Origin: Thainema sp.
Lineage (GTDB): Bacteria; Cyanobacteriota; Cyanobacteriia; Phormidesmidales; Phormidesmidaceae
Direction: 5' to 3'
Length of the DNA: 18,796 bases
Assembly: GCA_052168235.1 (NCBI GenBank)
Contig: JBQLZK010000018.1
Location: 85,943-104,738 of the forward strand
The notes under the pieces were generated by a model. It was not told where the DNA came from and ran no database searches. It saw nothing but the letters and a program-made list of their open reading frames with translations. The translations under genes and the position numbers were made by a program. This document shows, in pieces, positions 1 through 8,704 of the stretch (its first letter is position 1; each line of letters begins with the position of its first letter).

Positions 1-1284
1 TCCAATCAGCCGATAGCGTCGTTGTGCCTGTTGGGTTTCCAACCAACTGGGCTGTATGCGCTCAATCAGTAGCTCTACCGTGTTGGTTTGCTGCAACTGC
101 CGTGCCAGCCAGCGGAGTGTTCGTTCGGTTTGTCGCCAGTTGGGTTCTTGGTCAGGTGTTTTGTATGCCCAATCTCGTTTTTCTAGGTCATTTCGGCGCA
201 CTTTCGGCGATATCTGCCGATCAATGTACTGGTTCAGCAAATCTGCTTTGGTTTTAAACGGATGCTGCGGGTCATAAACCTCGGCTGCCAGATTCACAAA
301 CAGCGGAATCCGCAACAGTCCTGGCTCACCGTCTGGGGTTGGTTCCAAGAACTTTTGCAATTCTGGGCTTTTCTGAATCACCGACCACAGTGGCGACTGT
401 TGTGTTTCTAAATAGGCTTGGATTTGCTCGTCTGATAATGGCTGTAGGCTTACGGCTCCCCGCAGCGTATTGAGCTTGATATTAGCCTGGGTAAATTCCT
501 TTACCCGACAGCACACCACCAGTTTGGGATAGTGCTTGGCAAATTCATTCAGCTTCAGCATACATTTCTGCTGTCGCACCAACCCCAACTCATCTAAACC
601 ATCCATCAGCGGCAGCAGCACTTCCTGATCCAACCATTGTTCGTAAATCTTGGCTTTGCGATTGCCGTTGTGCTGCTCATAGAGCTGTTCAATCAGCCAA
701 TCGCGAATGCTCTGGTTGTCGTTCCGCCAGGTCGAAAGTTCAAACAGCACCGGAATCACCGTTTGCGGTTTCGCCAATGCTCCACAGACGAGCTGTTCGG
801 CTAAGCTCAGCAGTGCTGTGGTTTTACCCGCTCCTGGTGTACCCAAAATCAGCAGCTTGCCAGCAATATCTTCTCGGCCAAAGGTTTCAATCAAAAGCTG
901 TCGCGGGTCAATTTCGCCCTGTGGTTCTCCCTGTACCTGCAACTCTCGCTTCGCTTCCAGCAGAGAACGCCCCACACAATCCATCTGCTCGTTCAGGTCA
1001 ATCGGAATTAAGGCTCTATCTCGCCCCAGGGTATCCATCAACCGCTTATGAATTTCCGGCAGTTGCTTGTCCTGAAGTAGCTGATGCGCCCACCGCCAGT
1101 TAACTTCAGACGATGCAGTCTGACCACCAAACCATCTCAGAATGACATTGGTGATGGTGATTTGATTATCGTGGCTATTTTGAAAACTAAGGGTGTCTCG
1201 TCCCGCCTGAGTGAGTTGAATTTGGCTGTCTGCAATCTGGCTGTTCTCAATGTTCTGATCCTGATTCTGATCCTGTGATGCCAT
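1..1284 (-). CDS. NACHT-family (NLR-like STAND) NTPase with Q/N-rich N-terminal motif; 3' end lies outside the window
   Basis: Not in the ORF track. Manual translation from ATG 1284 gives 428 open codons: MASQDQNQDQNIENSQIADSQIQLTQAGRD... It has Walker A LLILGTPGAGKTT (GTPGAGKT at 820-843), IPVLFELSTW, Walker B LLPLMDGLDE (~589-618), VVCCR, LQPLSDEQI, LRIPLFV and ELLIERIQPSWL, all typical of cyanobacterial NACHT proteins. Confidence 0.92.
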   Translation of the reverse strand, partial: MASQDQNQDQNIENSQIADSQIQLTQAGRDTLSFQNSHDNQITITNVILRWFGGQTASSEVNWRWAHQLLQDKQLPEIHKRLMDTLGRDRALIPIDLNEQMDCVGRSLLEAKRELQVQGEPQGEIDPRQLLIETFGREDIAGKLLILGTPGAGKTTALLSLAEQLVCGALAKPQTVIPVLFELSTWRNDNQSIRDWLIEQLYEQHNGNRKAKIYEQWLDQEVLLPLMDGLDELGLVRQQKCMLKLNEFAKHYPKLVVCCRVKEFTQANIKLNTLRGAVSLQPLSDEQIQAYLETQQSPLWSVIQKSPELQKFLEPTPDGEPGLLRIPLFVNLAAEVYDPQHPFKTKADLLNQYIDRQISPKVRRNDLEKRDWAYKTPDQEPNWRQTERTLRWLARQLQQTNTVELLIERIQPSWLETQQAQRRYRLIG

Positions 1285-1326
1285 GTTCTGCGGGTATCCT
1301 GCACACCATCTCTTTGCTTAAATCGC

Positions 1327-1797
1327 TCACACCCCAAAAAAGGCTGCCGCAACGCCAATCCAGGGGGCAACGGCTTTAAAGATTTCTGCTCCGGTTTGCC
1401 ACAGACTTTTACCTGCTTCGCTGGTTTCCTGTAAGGTCTTTATAGTTTCACTAACCTGCTTCAGGTTTTGTCCCACCAGTTCTTTTTGCGGATTTTCCTT
1501 GGCCGCTTCCCGCTTGGCCGGACGCAAATAGTCCAGCAGTTCATCTCGTACAGCCCCATCAATCGCTGCGCCTTTGATTTCTGCCTCCAACTTGTCTAGT
1601 AAGCTCACAACTTCAGCACCCGTAATGCTTTGCTGAGTTTGCAAATCCCCGGATTGATTCTGCTGCAAATCTCGTCCCGCTTGTCCCATTTGCACCATGC
1701 CGCCCGTAATACTTGTGCCGCTGATACTCTGCGATTGGTCGGGCTTACCCGATTTTGATGGTTCTGGAGGCTGTTTACCAAACAATTTGCCAATCAT
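1327..1797 (-). CDS. Small protein with N-terminal Q/S/G-rich QAGRD motif and C-terminal helical domain ending in a hydrophobic helix; putative NACHT partner/effector
   Basis: ORF track 1327..1854. ATG 1797 (MIGKLF) is preferred; ATG 1842 is possible. It ends 42 nt before the NACHT ATG on the same strand. C-terminus is LWQTGAEIFKAVAPWIGVAAAFFGV. Confidence 0.8.
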   Translation of the reverse strand: MIGKLFGKQPPEPSKSGKPDQSQSISGTSITGGMVQMGQAGRDLQQNQSGDLQTQQSITGAEVVSLLDKLEAEIKGAAIDGAVRDELLDYLRPAKREAAKENPQKELVGQNLKQVSETIKTLQETSEAGKSLWQTGAEIFKAVAPWIGVAAAFFGV

Positions 1798-1914
1798 GTT
1801 TTTCTTGCCAAACGATTTTTGTCCATCATAGGCAACGGCCATCGGAAGTGCCAAAGATAATTCGCAGTGTTAACCTTCAGCCTTTTTTGATTCAGCCTTA
1901 AACTTAAGCAGCGA

Positions 1915-2439
1915 TTAATACAGCCAGCTTTGATACTCCAGTGCTTCCTCTTTCATGTCCTCATAAAGCCACACCATCCGGTCGAGAAACCACAGTTTAC
2001 CTGCATAAATCAAGCCGCTGCCAAACAGCGTCGGCCAAATTTGTAGTGCCGCCACGCCCCAGACTAAAAACGGGATGCCCAGCGCCGCCACTAGATTGAG
2101 GATGGTTGCCATTTGTTGATGATGAGCCGGAATTGGAACTTGGTCTTGATTTAATAGCACTCGTTCCCCAAGCACTGCTTTAGAAGCCCAGTTATCCGTC
2201 GATATAGGCCGCTCGAACAGCCTGGGATTGAGCCACATCCAGAATAATGCTGCTGCGATCGCAAAAATCGACCATATTCCCAACCATATCCGCGACCACA
2301 GAGCCAAAATCAATAGGGGTAAAACAGTGTTTCGCGTCCAAACACTCCAAGGATTAGCGTGCCGCTGCCATACTTCATCCGACATCGCAAAAGAAGCTGC
2401 TATTTGCTGACGCAGGCGGTGTCCAAGTGTTTTAGCCAT
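1915..2439 (-). CDS. DUF6653-like integral membrane protein
   Basis: Motifs MSDEVWQRHANPWSVWTR, WLNPRLF, NWASKAVLGER and GKLWFLDRMVWLY, plus several hydrophobic helices; family recognised from memory. Confidence 0.75.
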   Translation of the reverse strand: MAKTLGHRLRQQIAASFAMSDEVWQRHANPWSVWTRNTVLPLLILALWSRIWLGIWSIFAIAAALFWMWLNPRLFERPISTDNWASKAVLGERVLLNQDQVPIPAHHQQMATILNLVAALGIPFLVWGVAALQIWPTLFGSGLIYAGKLWFLDRMVWLYEDMKEEALEYQSWLY

Positions 2440-2717
2440 TATTCAAATACCCTAAATCAACTGAATCCTGTGTATAGCTGCGTTCTAACGGTATGACCAA
2501 CAGGAATTGAACCACGATGAAGCAGATCTACAACTAAAGACATAGGTTGTGGCCCAGTTATGCATTTACATCGCCACAAGATCTACCTTTCGACGAACGC
2601 CATAGGTGAATAGCATTGTTAAGTTTTATGTTGTGTTGCTCATTTGCGGTCATACCGAATGAGTAGTGCGCTCACCAGATAGATATGAAGCGTAAACATC
2701 GTTTAAGGACATTTTTT

Positions 2718-3377
2718 ATGAAGCGACTAGCAACCACAGCGGTTACCAAAAAAATCTTAGCCGGAATTTTAACGCTCGGCACCGTAGTTACAGTGTCAGC
2801 TTGCGCATCAGAGCAGGATACAGTCACGACTGCTCCTACAACTGAGGATCCTGCTGCAGTTGATGATGCAAATACAGCAGAAGAGCCAATGGCTAGCGAT
2901 ATGGAGACCGATGCCGCGGCCAACGGTTCGATTGTTGAAGTTGCATCCAGTGCAGGATCATTCAATACTTTAACGCAGGCTATTGAGGCTGCTGGGCTGA
3001 CTGAAACCCTCTCTCAAGATGGTTCTTCCTATACCGTGTTTGCCCCAACGGACGAAGCCTTCAATCAACTGCCGGAAGGAACGCTGGATCAACTGCTACT
3101 GCCAGAAAATCAGGAGCTACTCCGTCAGATTTTAACCTACCACGTTGTGCCGCAGGCAGTCACGTCCAGTGAAATCCAACCTGGCGAAGTTAGCACCGTT
3201 GAGGGTTCTCCAGTTAACCTCCAGGTTGATGGCAGCAGTGTCATGGTCAACGAAGCAATGGTAACTCAACCAGACATTGAAGCTAGCAATGGTGTAATTC
3301 ACGCCATTGATCAGGTCATTCTGCCACCACAGATTGCTGCTCAGTTAACGGGAGCAGGCGCAGGTAGCGAAGGATAA
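2718..3377 (+). CDS. Fasciclin (FAS1) domain lipoprotein
   Basis: FAS1 motifs YTVFAPTDEAF, ILTYHVVP and ASNGVIHAIDQVILP; signal peptide with lipobox VSAC; acidic linker. ATG 2718 follows AAGGA (ORF track start is 2685). Confidence 0.92.
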   Translation: MKRLATTAVTKKILAGILTLGTVVTVSACASEQDTVTTAPTTEDPAAVDDANTAEEPMASDMETDAAANGSIVEVASSAGSFNTLTQAIEAAGLTETLSQDGSSYTVFAPTDEAFNQLPEGTLDQLLLPENQELLRQILTYHVVPQAVTSSEIQPGEVSTVEGSPVNLQVDGSSVMVNEAMVTQPDIEASNGVIHAIDQVILPPQIAAQLTGAGAGSEG

Positions 3378-3411
3378 GCTCTCTACTAGCTTGGCACTCC
3401 TCAATGAGTTT

Positions 3412-3440
3412 AAAAGGCACGCAGAGCGTGCCTTTTTCTT
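3412..3440 (+). terminator. Intrinsic terminator of the fasciclin gene (possibly bidirectional)
   Basis: AAAAGGCACGC-AGA-GCGTGCCTTTTTCTT hairpin with T tract, 35 nt after the stop. Confidence 0.85.
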
Positions 3441-3481
3441 TATATAGCTATAGCTGTAGTTCAACTCTGTTGGAGCGTGGA

Positions 3482-3518
3482 CGTTGTTGTAGCGTGGCCA
3501 AGTCGCGCTACAACAATG
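3482..3518. repeat. REP-like palindromic element
   Basis: TTGTTGTAGCG (3484-3494) and CGCTACAACAA (3506-3516) are perfect inverted arms, with a GTAG...CTAC signature. Confidence 0.5.
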
Positions 3519-3743
3519 ACTGAACCAGTATGACTAGTTATCGCTTTTGCGATCGCTCATATTCAACCGTGCATTTTCATCGTTGGAGAGATGGTAGTTG
3601 TCTCACTGTCTCAGTTTTAAGGTGTGGTAGGCATAGCTCCACCCTACTTCGTGGATTTTAGGTTAGAGCACAGATTGTTATGAGCTGTGCTGTGCAATGA
3701 CTTGTATAGGAGAGTCTGGCTATCGTGCGGCAAGAACAACACT

Positions 3744-3789
3744 AAAAAAGCGAGGGGAATGCGTCTTTGAGACGCATTCCCCTCGCTTT
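3744..3789 (-). terminator. petBD intrinsic terminator / 3' stem-loop
   Basis: Perfect 20-bp inverted repeat (3747-3766 / 3770-3789) with a 3-nt loop, ending in T6 on the minus strand, 27 nt downstream of petD. Confidence 0.88.
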
Positions 3790-3816
3790 AGTTGCAAGTT
3801 TAATTATGATGACTAC

Positions 3817-4299
3817 TTAGAACAAACCCAGGGTCAGAGACTCTCTGATGGGGAATGTTGCGCCAATTCCGAGCCACAGTGTTACCAACGTACCAAACAT
3901 GAATACGGTGGTCGCAACTGGACGACGGAATGGATTTTGGAACTTGTTGACATTCTCAATGAATGGTACAAGCATCAGACCTAGAGGAATTGCAGTTTGC
4001 AACGCAATTCCCAGCAGCTTGTTAGGAACAATCCGCAGAATTTGGAAAGCGGGATAGAGATACCACTCTGGCAAAATCTCTAGCGGTGTTGCAAACGGGT
4101 TAGCTGGCTCGCCCACCATTGCAGGATCAAGTACAGCTAAGGCTGTAACACAAGCAATCGTACCCAGAATAACGACTGGGAACACGTACAACAAATCGTT
4201 GGGCCAAGCTGGCTCACCGTAGTAGTTGTGACCCATACCACGCTTTAGCTTCTCGCGTAGTTTCGGATCAGCTAAATTCGGCTTTTTCAAAGTTGCCAT
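3817..4299 (-). CDS. petD: Cytochrome b6f subunit IV
   Basis: [27 protein letters not shown] and NPFRRP; 160 aa; downstream of petB. Confidence 0.99.
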   Translation of the reverse strand: MATLKKPNLADPKLREKLKRGMGHNYYGEPAWPNDLLYVFPVVILGTIACVTALAVLDPAMVGEPANPFATPLEILPEWYLYPAFQILRIVPNKLLGIALQTAIPLGLMLVPFIENVNKFQNPFRRPVATTVFMFGTLVTLWLGIGATFPIRESLTLGLF

Positions 4300-4418
4300 A
4301 GCTTATTCGGTGTTCTCCTTAAAGACCAGTAGGACGAAATAAACGCGCTTCATAAGCTGATTCGTTTCTTAAAGCGTACAGATCTCTCAACAGGAATCTG
4401 CTCGCTGGTAACCGTATT

Positions 4419-5087
4419 TTACAAGGGACCGGAGATGCCTTGCTTACGGATCATCAAGAAGTGAAGCAGCATAAAGACTGCGATCAGCCAGGGCAATACA
4501 AATGTATGCAGGCTGTAGAAGCGGGTTAAAGTCGGCTGTCCGACGCTGACACCACCACGCAGCAGTTCAACCATGAACGAACCCACAAATGGAATCGCCT
4601 CAGGTACACCAGATACGATCTTGACCGCCCAGTAACCAACTTGATCCCAAGGCAAGGAGTATCCAGTTACACCAAAGGAAACCGTGATGACAGCCAGGAT
4701 GACGCCAGTAATCCAGGTCAACTCACGGGGCTTCTTGAAACCACCCGTCAAGTAAACGCGGAAAACGTGCAGGATCATCATCAGCACCATCATGCTGGCT
4801 GACCAGCGGTGAATGGAGCGAATGAGCCAACCGAAGTTAACGTCGGTCATCAGATATTGGACAGAAGAAAATGCTTCGGTGACGGTCGGCTTATAGTAGA
4901 ACGTCATAGCGAAGCCCGTTGCAAATTGGATGAGAAAACACGTTAGCGTAATTCCACCCAAGCAGTAAAAAATATTGACGTGGGGAGGAACGTATTTGCT
5001 AGAGATATCATCCGCAATGGCCTGAATCTCTAGGCGTTCCTGAAACCACTGATAGGGTTTTGAATCTGTAACCTGCTTTGTAAACAT
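4419..5087 (-). CDS. petB: Cytochrome b6
   Basis: [15 protein letters not shown] (heme cn Cys), [17 protein letters not shown] and RKQGISGPL; 222 aa. Confidence 0.99.
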   Translation of the reverse strand: MFTKQVTDSKPYQWFQERLEIQAIADDISSKYVPPHVNIFYCLGGITLTCFLIQFATGFAMTFYYKPTVTEAFSSVQYLMTDVNFGWLIRSIHRWSASMMVLMMILHVFRVYLTGGFKKPRELTWITGVILAVITVSFGVTGYSLPWDQVGYWAVKIVSGVPEAIPFVGSFMVELLRGGVSVGQPTLTRFYSLHTFVLPWLIAVFMLLHFLMIRKQGISGPL

Positions 5088-5490
5088 GAAGCGAGCGTTC
5101 CGAAGAAATCATTGCTGTTCAGTAAAAATGTAACATAGCTCAACGCTAAATGAATGCGAAGTCAGTCCTTGATTTACGCGGCTTGTATCAAGGCATATCA
5201 GCGTTGCACTAGCTTATTTGTACTCCGCTTATGTAAAGACATGACTGCTCAAAACCCGTCAATATAGTGCTCCAGCAACCTTGACAAACTGCTCAAACTC
5301 GTGACGGAGTAGACGTTTGCAAGGATTTTAAGCAAAATTAAGGAATCTAATTTTTCTCATAAACGCACTCATTTGTTAACACTACTTAACAGTTTGAGCG
5401 CTGCATGGTCTTGTTTGCGCCTTCAGCGGTAGCTTGTCCATTGCATCTGAGCTGTTTGGGAAGAGAATTAAACAGGTTAAGATCGTCAGC

Positions 5491-6732
5491 ATGATTAGGA
5501 AACTGCTTCATACCGGACTTTTAATATTCCTTGTTGCGCTCTGTTCGTGGGGATGGGCAACGCCGTCAGCTTTGGCCTTTACAGATGAGCAAAAGCTAGT
5601 GTCTGAGGTCTGGCGGATTGTGAATCGGGCTTATTTAGACGAAACATTCAACGGTCAGAACTGGTGGTTTGTGCGCCAGCGGATGTTACGCAAGTCAATG
5701 CGCGATCGCGAAGAGGCTTATGGGGTGATTCAGGACATGCTGGCGATGCTGAATGACCCCTATACGCGTCTGCTCAAGCCCAAGCAGTACCGGACGCTGC
5801 AAACAAATACCTCGGGAGAACTCACTGGGGTTGGGTTGCAAATTGCCCAGGATGATGAGGGCTATTTGCGGGTGATTGCGCCGATTGAGGGGTCGCCCGC
5901 CGAGGATGCTGGGATTCAACCCCGCGATCGCATTACTCAAATCAATGGCTTTCCAACCCGCAACTTGACGTTAGATGAAGCGGCGGATCGGATGCGGGGG
6001 CAGGTTGGCACGATTGTGACGCTGACGGTGGAGCGAAACGAGCAGGCTCCGTTTGATGTCAATCTCAAGCGCGATCATATTGTGCTGAATCCGGTTTACG
6101 CTGATTTGCGATCGCAGTCGGACGGCAGCAAGATTGGCTACATTCGCCTGAATCAGTTCAACGGCAATGCGGCCTCGGAAATGGCCAGTGCGCTGTCTGA
6201 TTTGGAAAAACGAGGGGCAGAATCCTACATCTTGGACTTACGCAATAATCCAGGCGGGTTGCTCCAGGCGGGGGTTGAAATTGCTCAGCTTTGGCTGGAT
6301 GATGCGCCAATTGTGTACACCGTGAATCGTCAGGGCATGATGGGCAGTTTTCAGGCAGCTGGTCAGGCGGCAACCCATGCGCCGCTGGTTGTCCTGGTCA
6401 ACGGTGGCACCGCCAGCGCCAGTGAGATTCTGGCTGGAGCACTACAGGATAACGGGCGAGCGGAACTGGTTGGTGAAACGACATTTGGGAAAGGTCTAAT
6501 CCAGTCGCTGTTCGACCTTTCCGATGGGGCGGGTTTAGCGGTGACGATTGCCAAGTATGAAACACCTAGCCATCGCGATATCAATAAATTAGGCATCACG
6601 CCGGATCATGCTGTGTCGTCAGAGCTGATCAGTCGCGCTCAATTTGCCACACCGGACGATCCGCAGTATCAGGCCGCTGTAGACCTGTTAACGGAAAAAT
6701 CTCTCGTTGCTGCGGAGCCAGCGTCACGCTAA
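5491..6732 (+). CDS. ctpA: Carboxyl-terminal processing protease (S41A; D1-processing CtpA type)
   Basis: Signal peptide, PDZ region (GVGLQI), LDLRNNPGG, catalytic TASASE and TFGKG; divergent from petB as is common in cyanobacteria. ATG 5491 is preferred over TTG 5434. Confidence 0.9.
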   Translation: MIRKLLHTGLLIFLVALCSWGWATPSALAFTDEQKLVSEVWRIVNRAYLDETFNGQNWWFVRQRMLRKSMRDREEAYGVIQDMLAMLNDPYTRLLKPKQYRTLQTNTSGELTGVGLQIAQDDEGYLRVIAPIEGSPAEDAGIQPRDRITQINGFPTRNLTLDEAADRMRGQVGTIVTLTVERNEQAPFDVNLKRDHIVLNPVYADLRSQSDGSKIGYIRLNQFNGNAASEMASALSDLEKRGAESYILDLRNNPGGLLQAGVEIAQLWLDDAPIVYTVNRQGMMGSFQAAGQAATHAPLVVLVNGGTASASEILAGALQDNGRAELVGETTFGKGLIQSLFDLSDGAGLAVTIAKYETPSHRDINKLGITPDHAVSSELISRAQFATPDDPQYQAAVDLLTEKSLVAAEPASR

Positions 6733-7991
6733 TGAAACCCATCCAGAGCCGCACCTATCACGACCCGTTACATGGTGCGATCGCACTGGATGGTAGTGAC
6801 CCCACCGAAGCGCTAATTATTCAACTGATTGATACGCCTGCCTTTCAGCGACTGCGGCGCATTCGCCAGTTGGGGCCAGCCAGTTTTACCTTTCATGGAG
6901 CTGAAGCGTCACGGTTTACTCATTCTCTGGGAGTGATGGCCGTGGCGCGTCGTGCATTTGACGGCATTGTTGAACGCTATCCGTCTCTCAAACCCCATCG
7001 CGCTACCGTTCTCTGTGCGGCATTGCTGCATGACGTGGGGCACGGGCCGTTTAGTCACACGGCTGAAGATGTGTTTAGTACGGAACATGAACACTGGACA
7101 GCCCAGATTTTGCAGCATTCGCCGCCCGTGCGCCAGCTGCTCGACCAGTTTTCCCCTGGTTTATTAGAATCCATTCTCCAGGTTTACCAGCATCAGCATT
7201 CTGTGCCGCTGGTCTGGCAGCTGGTGTCCAGCCAGTTGGACTGCGATCGCTTGGACTATCTCATGCGCGATAGCTACTTCACCGGGGCTGCCTACGGTCA
7301 GCTTGATCTAGACCGCATCCTGATGGCGATGCGCTACGACCCGGTGAGCCAGCAACTGGCGGTTGCCCAGAAGGGACTCGCGGCGATTGAGCACTACCTG
7401 ATGGTACGGCACTTTATGTACGCCCAGGTCTATAGCCATCCCAAAAACATTGCAGCAACCTGGATGCTTTGCCAGTTATTTAATCGGGCGCGATCGCAAC
7501 TCCAGTCCGGCCAGTTAGACACCGACGAAACGATGCGGGCCTGGATGCAGCAGCCCCAGCAGTCGCTGAGCCTCAAACACTATTTAGCTGCCGATGACAT
7601 GGTGTTGCTCTACCATCTGCACCGCTGGCAGCAGCATGCCGATCCGGTCTTGTCGGATCTCTGTCGGCGCTATCAAGACCGAGATTTGTTAAAGGCCAAG
7701 GACATTACCCATCGCTCACTGGCGGATCAGACGGCACTGCTCCAGCAGGTTTACCGCGAACTAGAGCAGCGAGGCTGGTCGGCTAAGTACTACGCTGGAC
7801 TCCAGCAGTCTCTCAGTCGGGGCTACACGCTGTATCACCACGGGATTAAGGTGCAGACTCCGAGCGGGCTACAGGAGCTGAGTCTGCTGTCTAAGATTGT
7901 CCATACGCTGGCCCAACCGATTCATCGCACCTGGTTGATTTATCCGCGTGAGGTGGAGAGTAAATTGACGGGACTGTTGCGGGATTATTAG
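6732..7991 (+). CDS. HD-domain phosphohydrolase, SAMHD1/YwfO-like dNTP triphosphohydrolase family
   Basis: DPLHG, FQRLRRIRQLG, SRFTHSLG, LLHDVGHGPFSH, EHE and QLDCDRLDYLMRD; TAATG overlap with ctpA. Confidence 0.9.
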   Translation: MKPIQSRTYHDPLHGAIALDGSDPTEALIIQLIDTPAFQRLRRIRQLGPASFTFHGAEASRFTHSLGVMAVARRAFDGIVERYPSLKPHRATVLCAALLHDVGHGPFSHTAEDVFSTEHEHWTAQILQHSPPVRQLLDQFSPGLLESILQVYQHQHSVPLVWQLVSSQLDCDRLDYLMRDSYFTGAAYGQLDLDRILMAMRYDPVSQQLAVAQKGLAAIEHYLMVRHFMYAQVYSHPKNIAATWMLCQLFNRARSQLQSGQLDTDETMRAWMQQPQQSLSLKHYLAADDMVLLYHLHRWQQHADPVLSDLCRRYQDRDLLKAKDITHRSLADQTALLQQVYRELEQRGWSAKYYAGLQQSLSRGYTLYHHGIKVQTPSGLQELSLLSKIVHTLAQPIHRTWLIYPREVESKLTGLLRDY

Positions 7992-8011
7992 TATCATAAA
8001 TTCTCAAATCC

Positions 8012-8704
8012 CTACAGTAAGGGTGTTTGGGTGCGGAGCTGCTGGAGGTTGAGTTGGGCAAGTTGGGTGTAGGCATCTGCGATCGCAGCTTCGCCGCGCA
8101 GGAATCCGGTATTGGCACCGGGACAAATCCACTGCAAGGTTTCAGACGAAAACTCGTTGAGAATCCGCTCAACCTGCTGAAGCTGGCGCGGCCAGTGAAA
8201 GGTTTTGGCGATGCGCAGGGGTTCTGGAGCACCTTTACGATTGGGCAGCAGATGCCGTCCGGTGAATAGAATGCCGCCGTAACGGTTATAAAAGACGCAG
8301 GCTGAACCGGGTGAATGTCCGGGTGTCCAAAAAACGCGGACGGTATCCGTCACCGGAAATTCTTGCTCAAAGCTTGTAACAGTCAATCCCGGCAGAAGGT
8401 AAGCCTCTTGCTCTTGCACCACAATTTCGCACTGGAAGGCTTGTTGCAGAGCCGCCACCTTGCCATGTCCGCCCCGATGGGTGAGAACCAGCCAGCGCAC
8501 TCCCCCCTGATTGTGCAAGAATTCCCATATCTGCTCATTCTCAGCCGGACAGTCAATCAAGACATTGCCAGTATTGCCTAAAATAAGATAGGCGGTTCCT
8601 CCCATCGTGTCGCGATTGGGTGGAAAAGAATAAACCAATTCAAAAATTGGGCGCGGCAGTTTTCCTTTAGCTGATGCGGAAGTTGAGGATGGGGTGACGG
8701 ACAC
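8012..8704 (-). CDS. Metallo-beta-lactamase-fold protein (cyanobacterial type, degenerate metal motif)
   Basis: FPPNRDTMGGTAY, NVLIDCP, LVLTHRGGH, WTPGHSPGS and LFTGRHL. Start uncertain: GTG 8704 chosen, ORF track gives 8791. Confidence 0.8.
   Translation of the reverse strand: MSVTPSSTSASAKGKLPRPIFELVYSFPPNRDTMGGTAYLILGNTGNVLIDCPAENEQIWEFLHNQGGVRWLVLTHRGGHGKVAALQQAFQCEIVVQEQEAYLLPGLTVTSFEQEFPVTDTVRVFWTPGHSPGSACVFYNRYGGILFTGRHLLPNRKGAPEPLRIAKTFHWPRQLQQVERILNEFSSETLQWICPGANTGFLRGEAAIADAYTQLAQLNLQQLRTQTPLL

Noticed and set aside
1243..1275. CAGGATCAGAA tandem repeat (minus strand) as a DNA repeat element
   Set aside because: It is just the QDQN-QDQN coding duplication at the NACHT N-terminus; only two units.
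24..1370. Short ORF-track ORFs (24..257, 56..277, 707..1051, 777..1103, 1084..1278, 1137..1370)
   Set aside because: They are antisense or alternate-frame shadows of the NACHT gene, which has clear motifs.
3697..4057. Plus-strand ORFs 3697..3984 and 3848..4057
   Set aside because: They are antisense to petD and its terminator, with no recognisable protein features.
5088..5490. NtcA-like GTATCAAGGCATAT and a CCTTGAT/ATCAAGG inverted repeat in the petB-ctpA spacer
   Set aside because: Imperfect match to GTA-N8-TAC and short arms; cannot be distinguished from chance.
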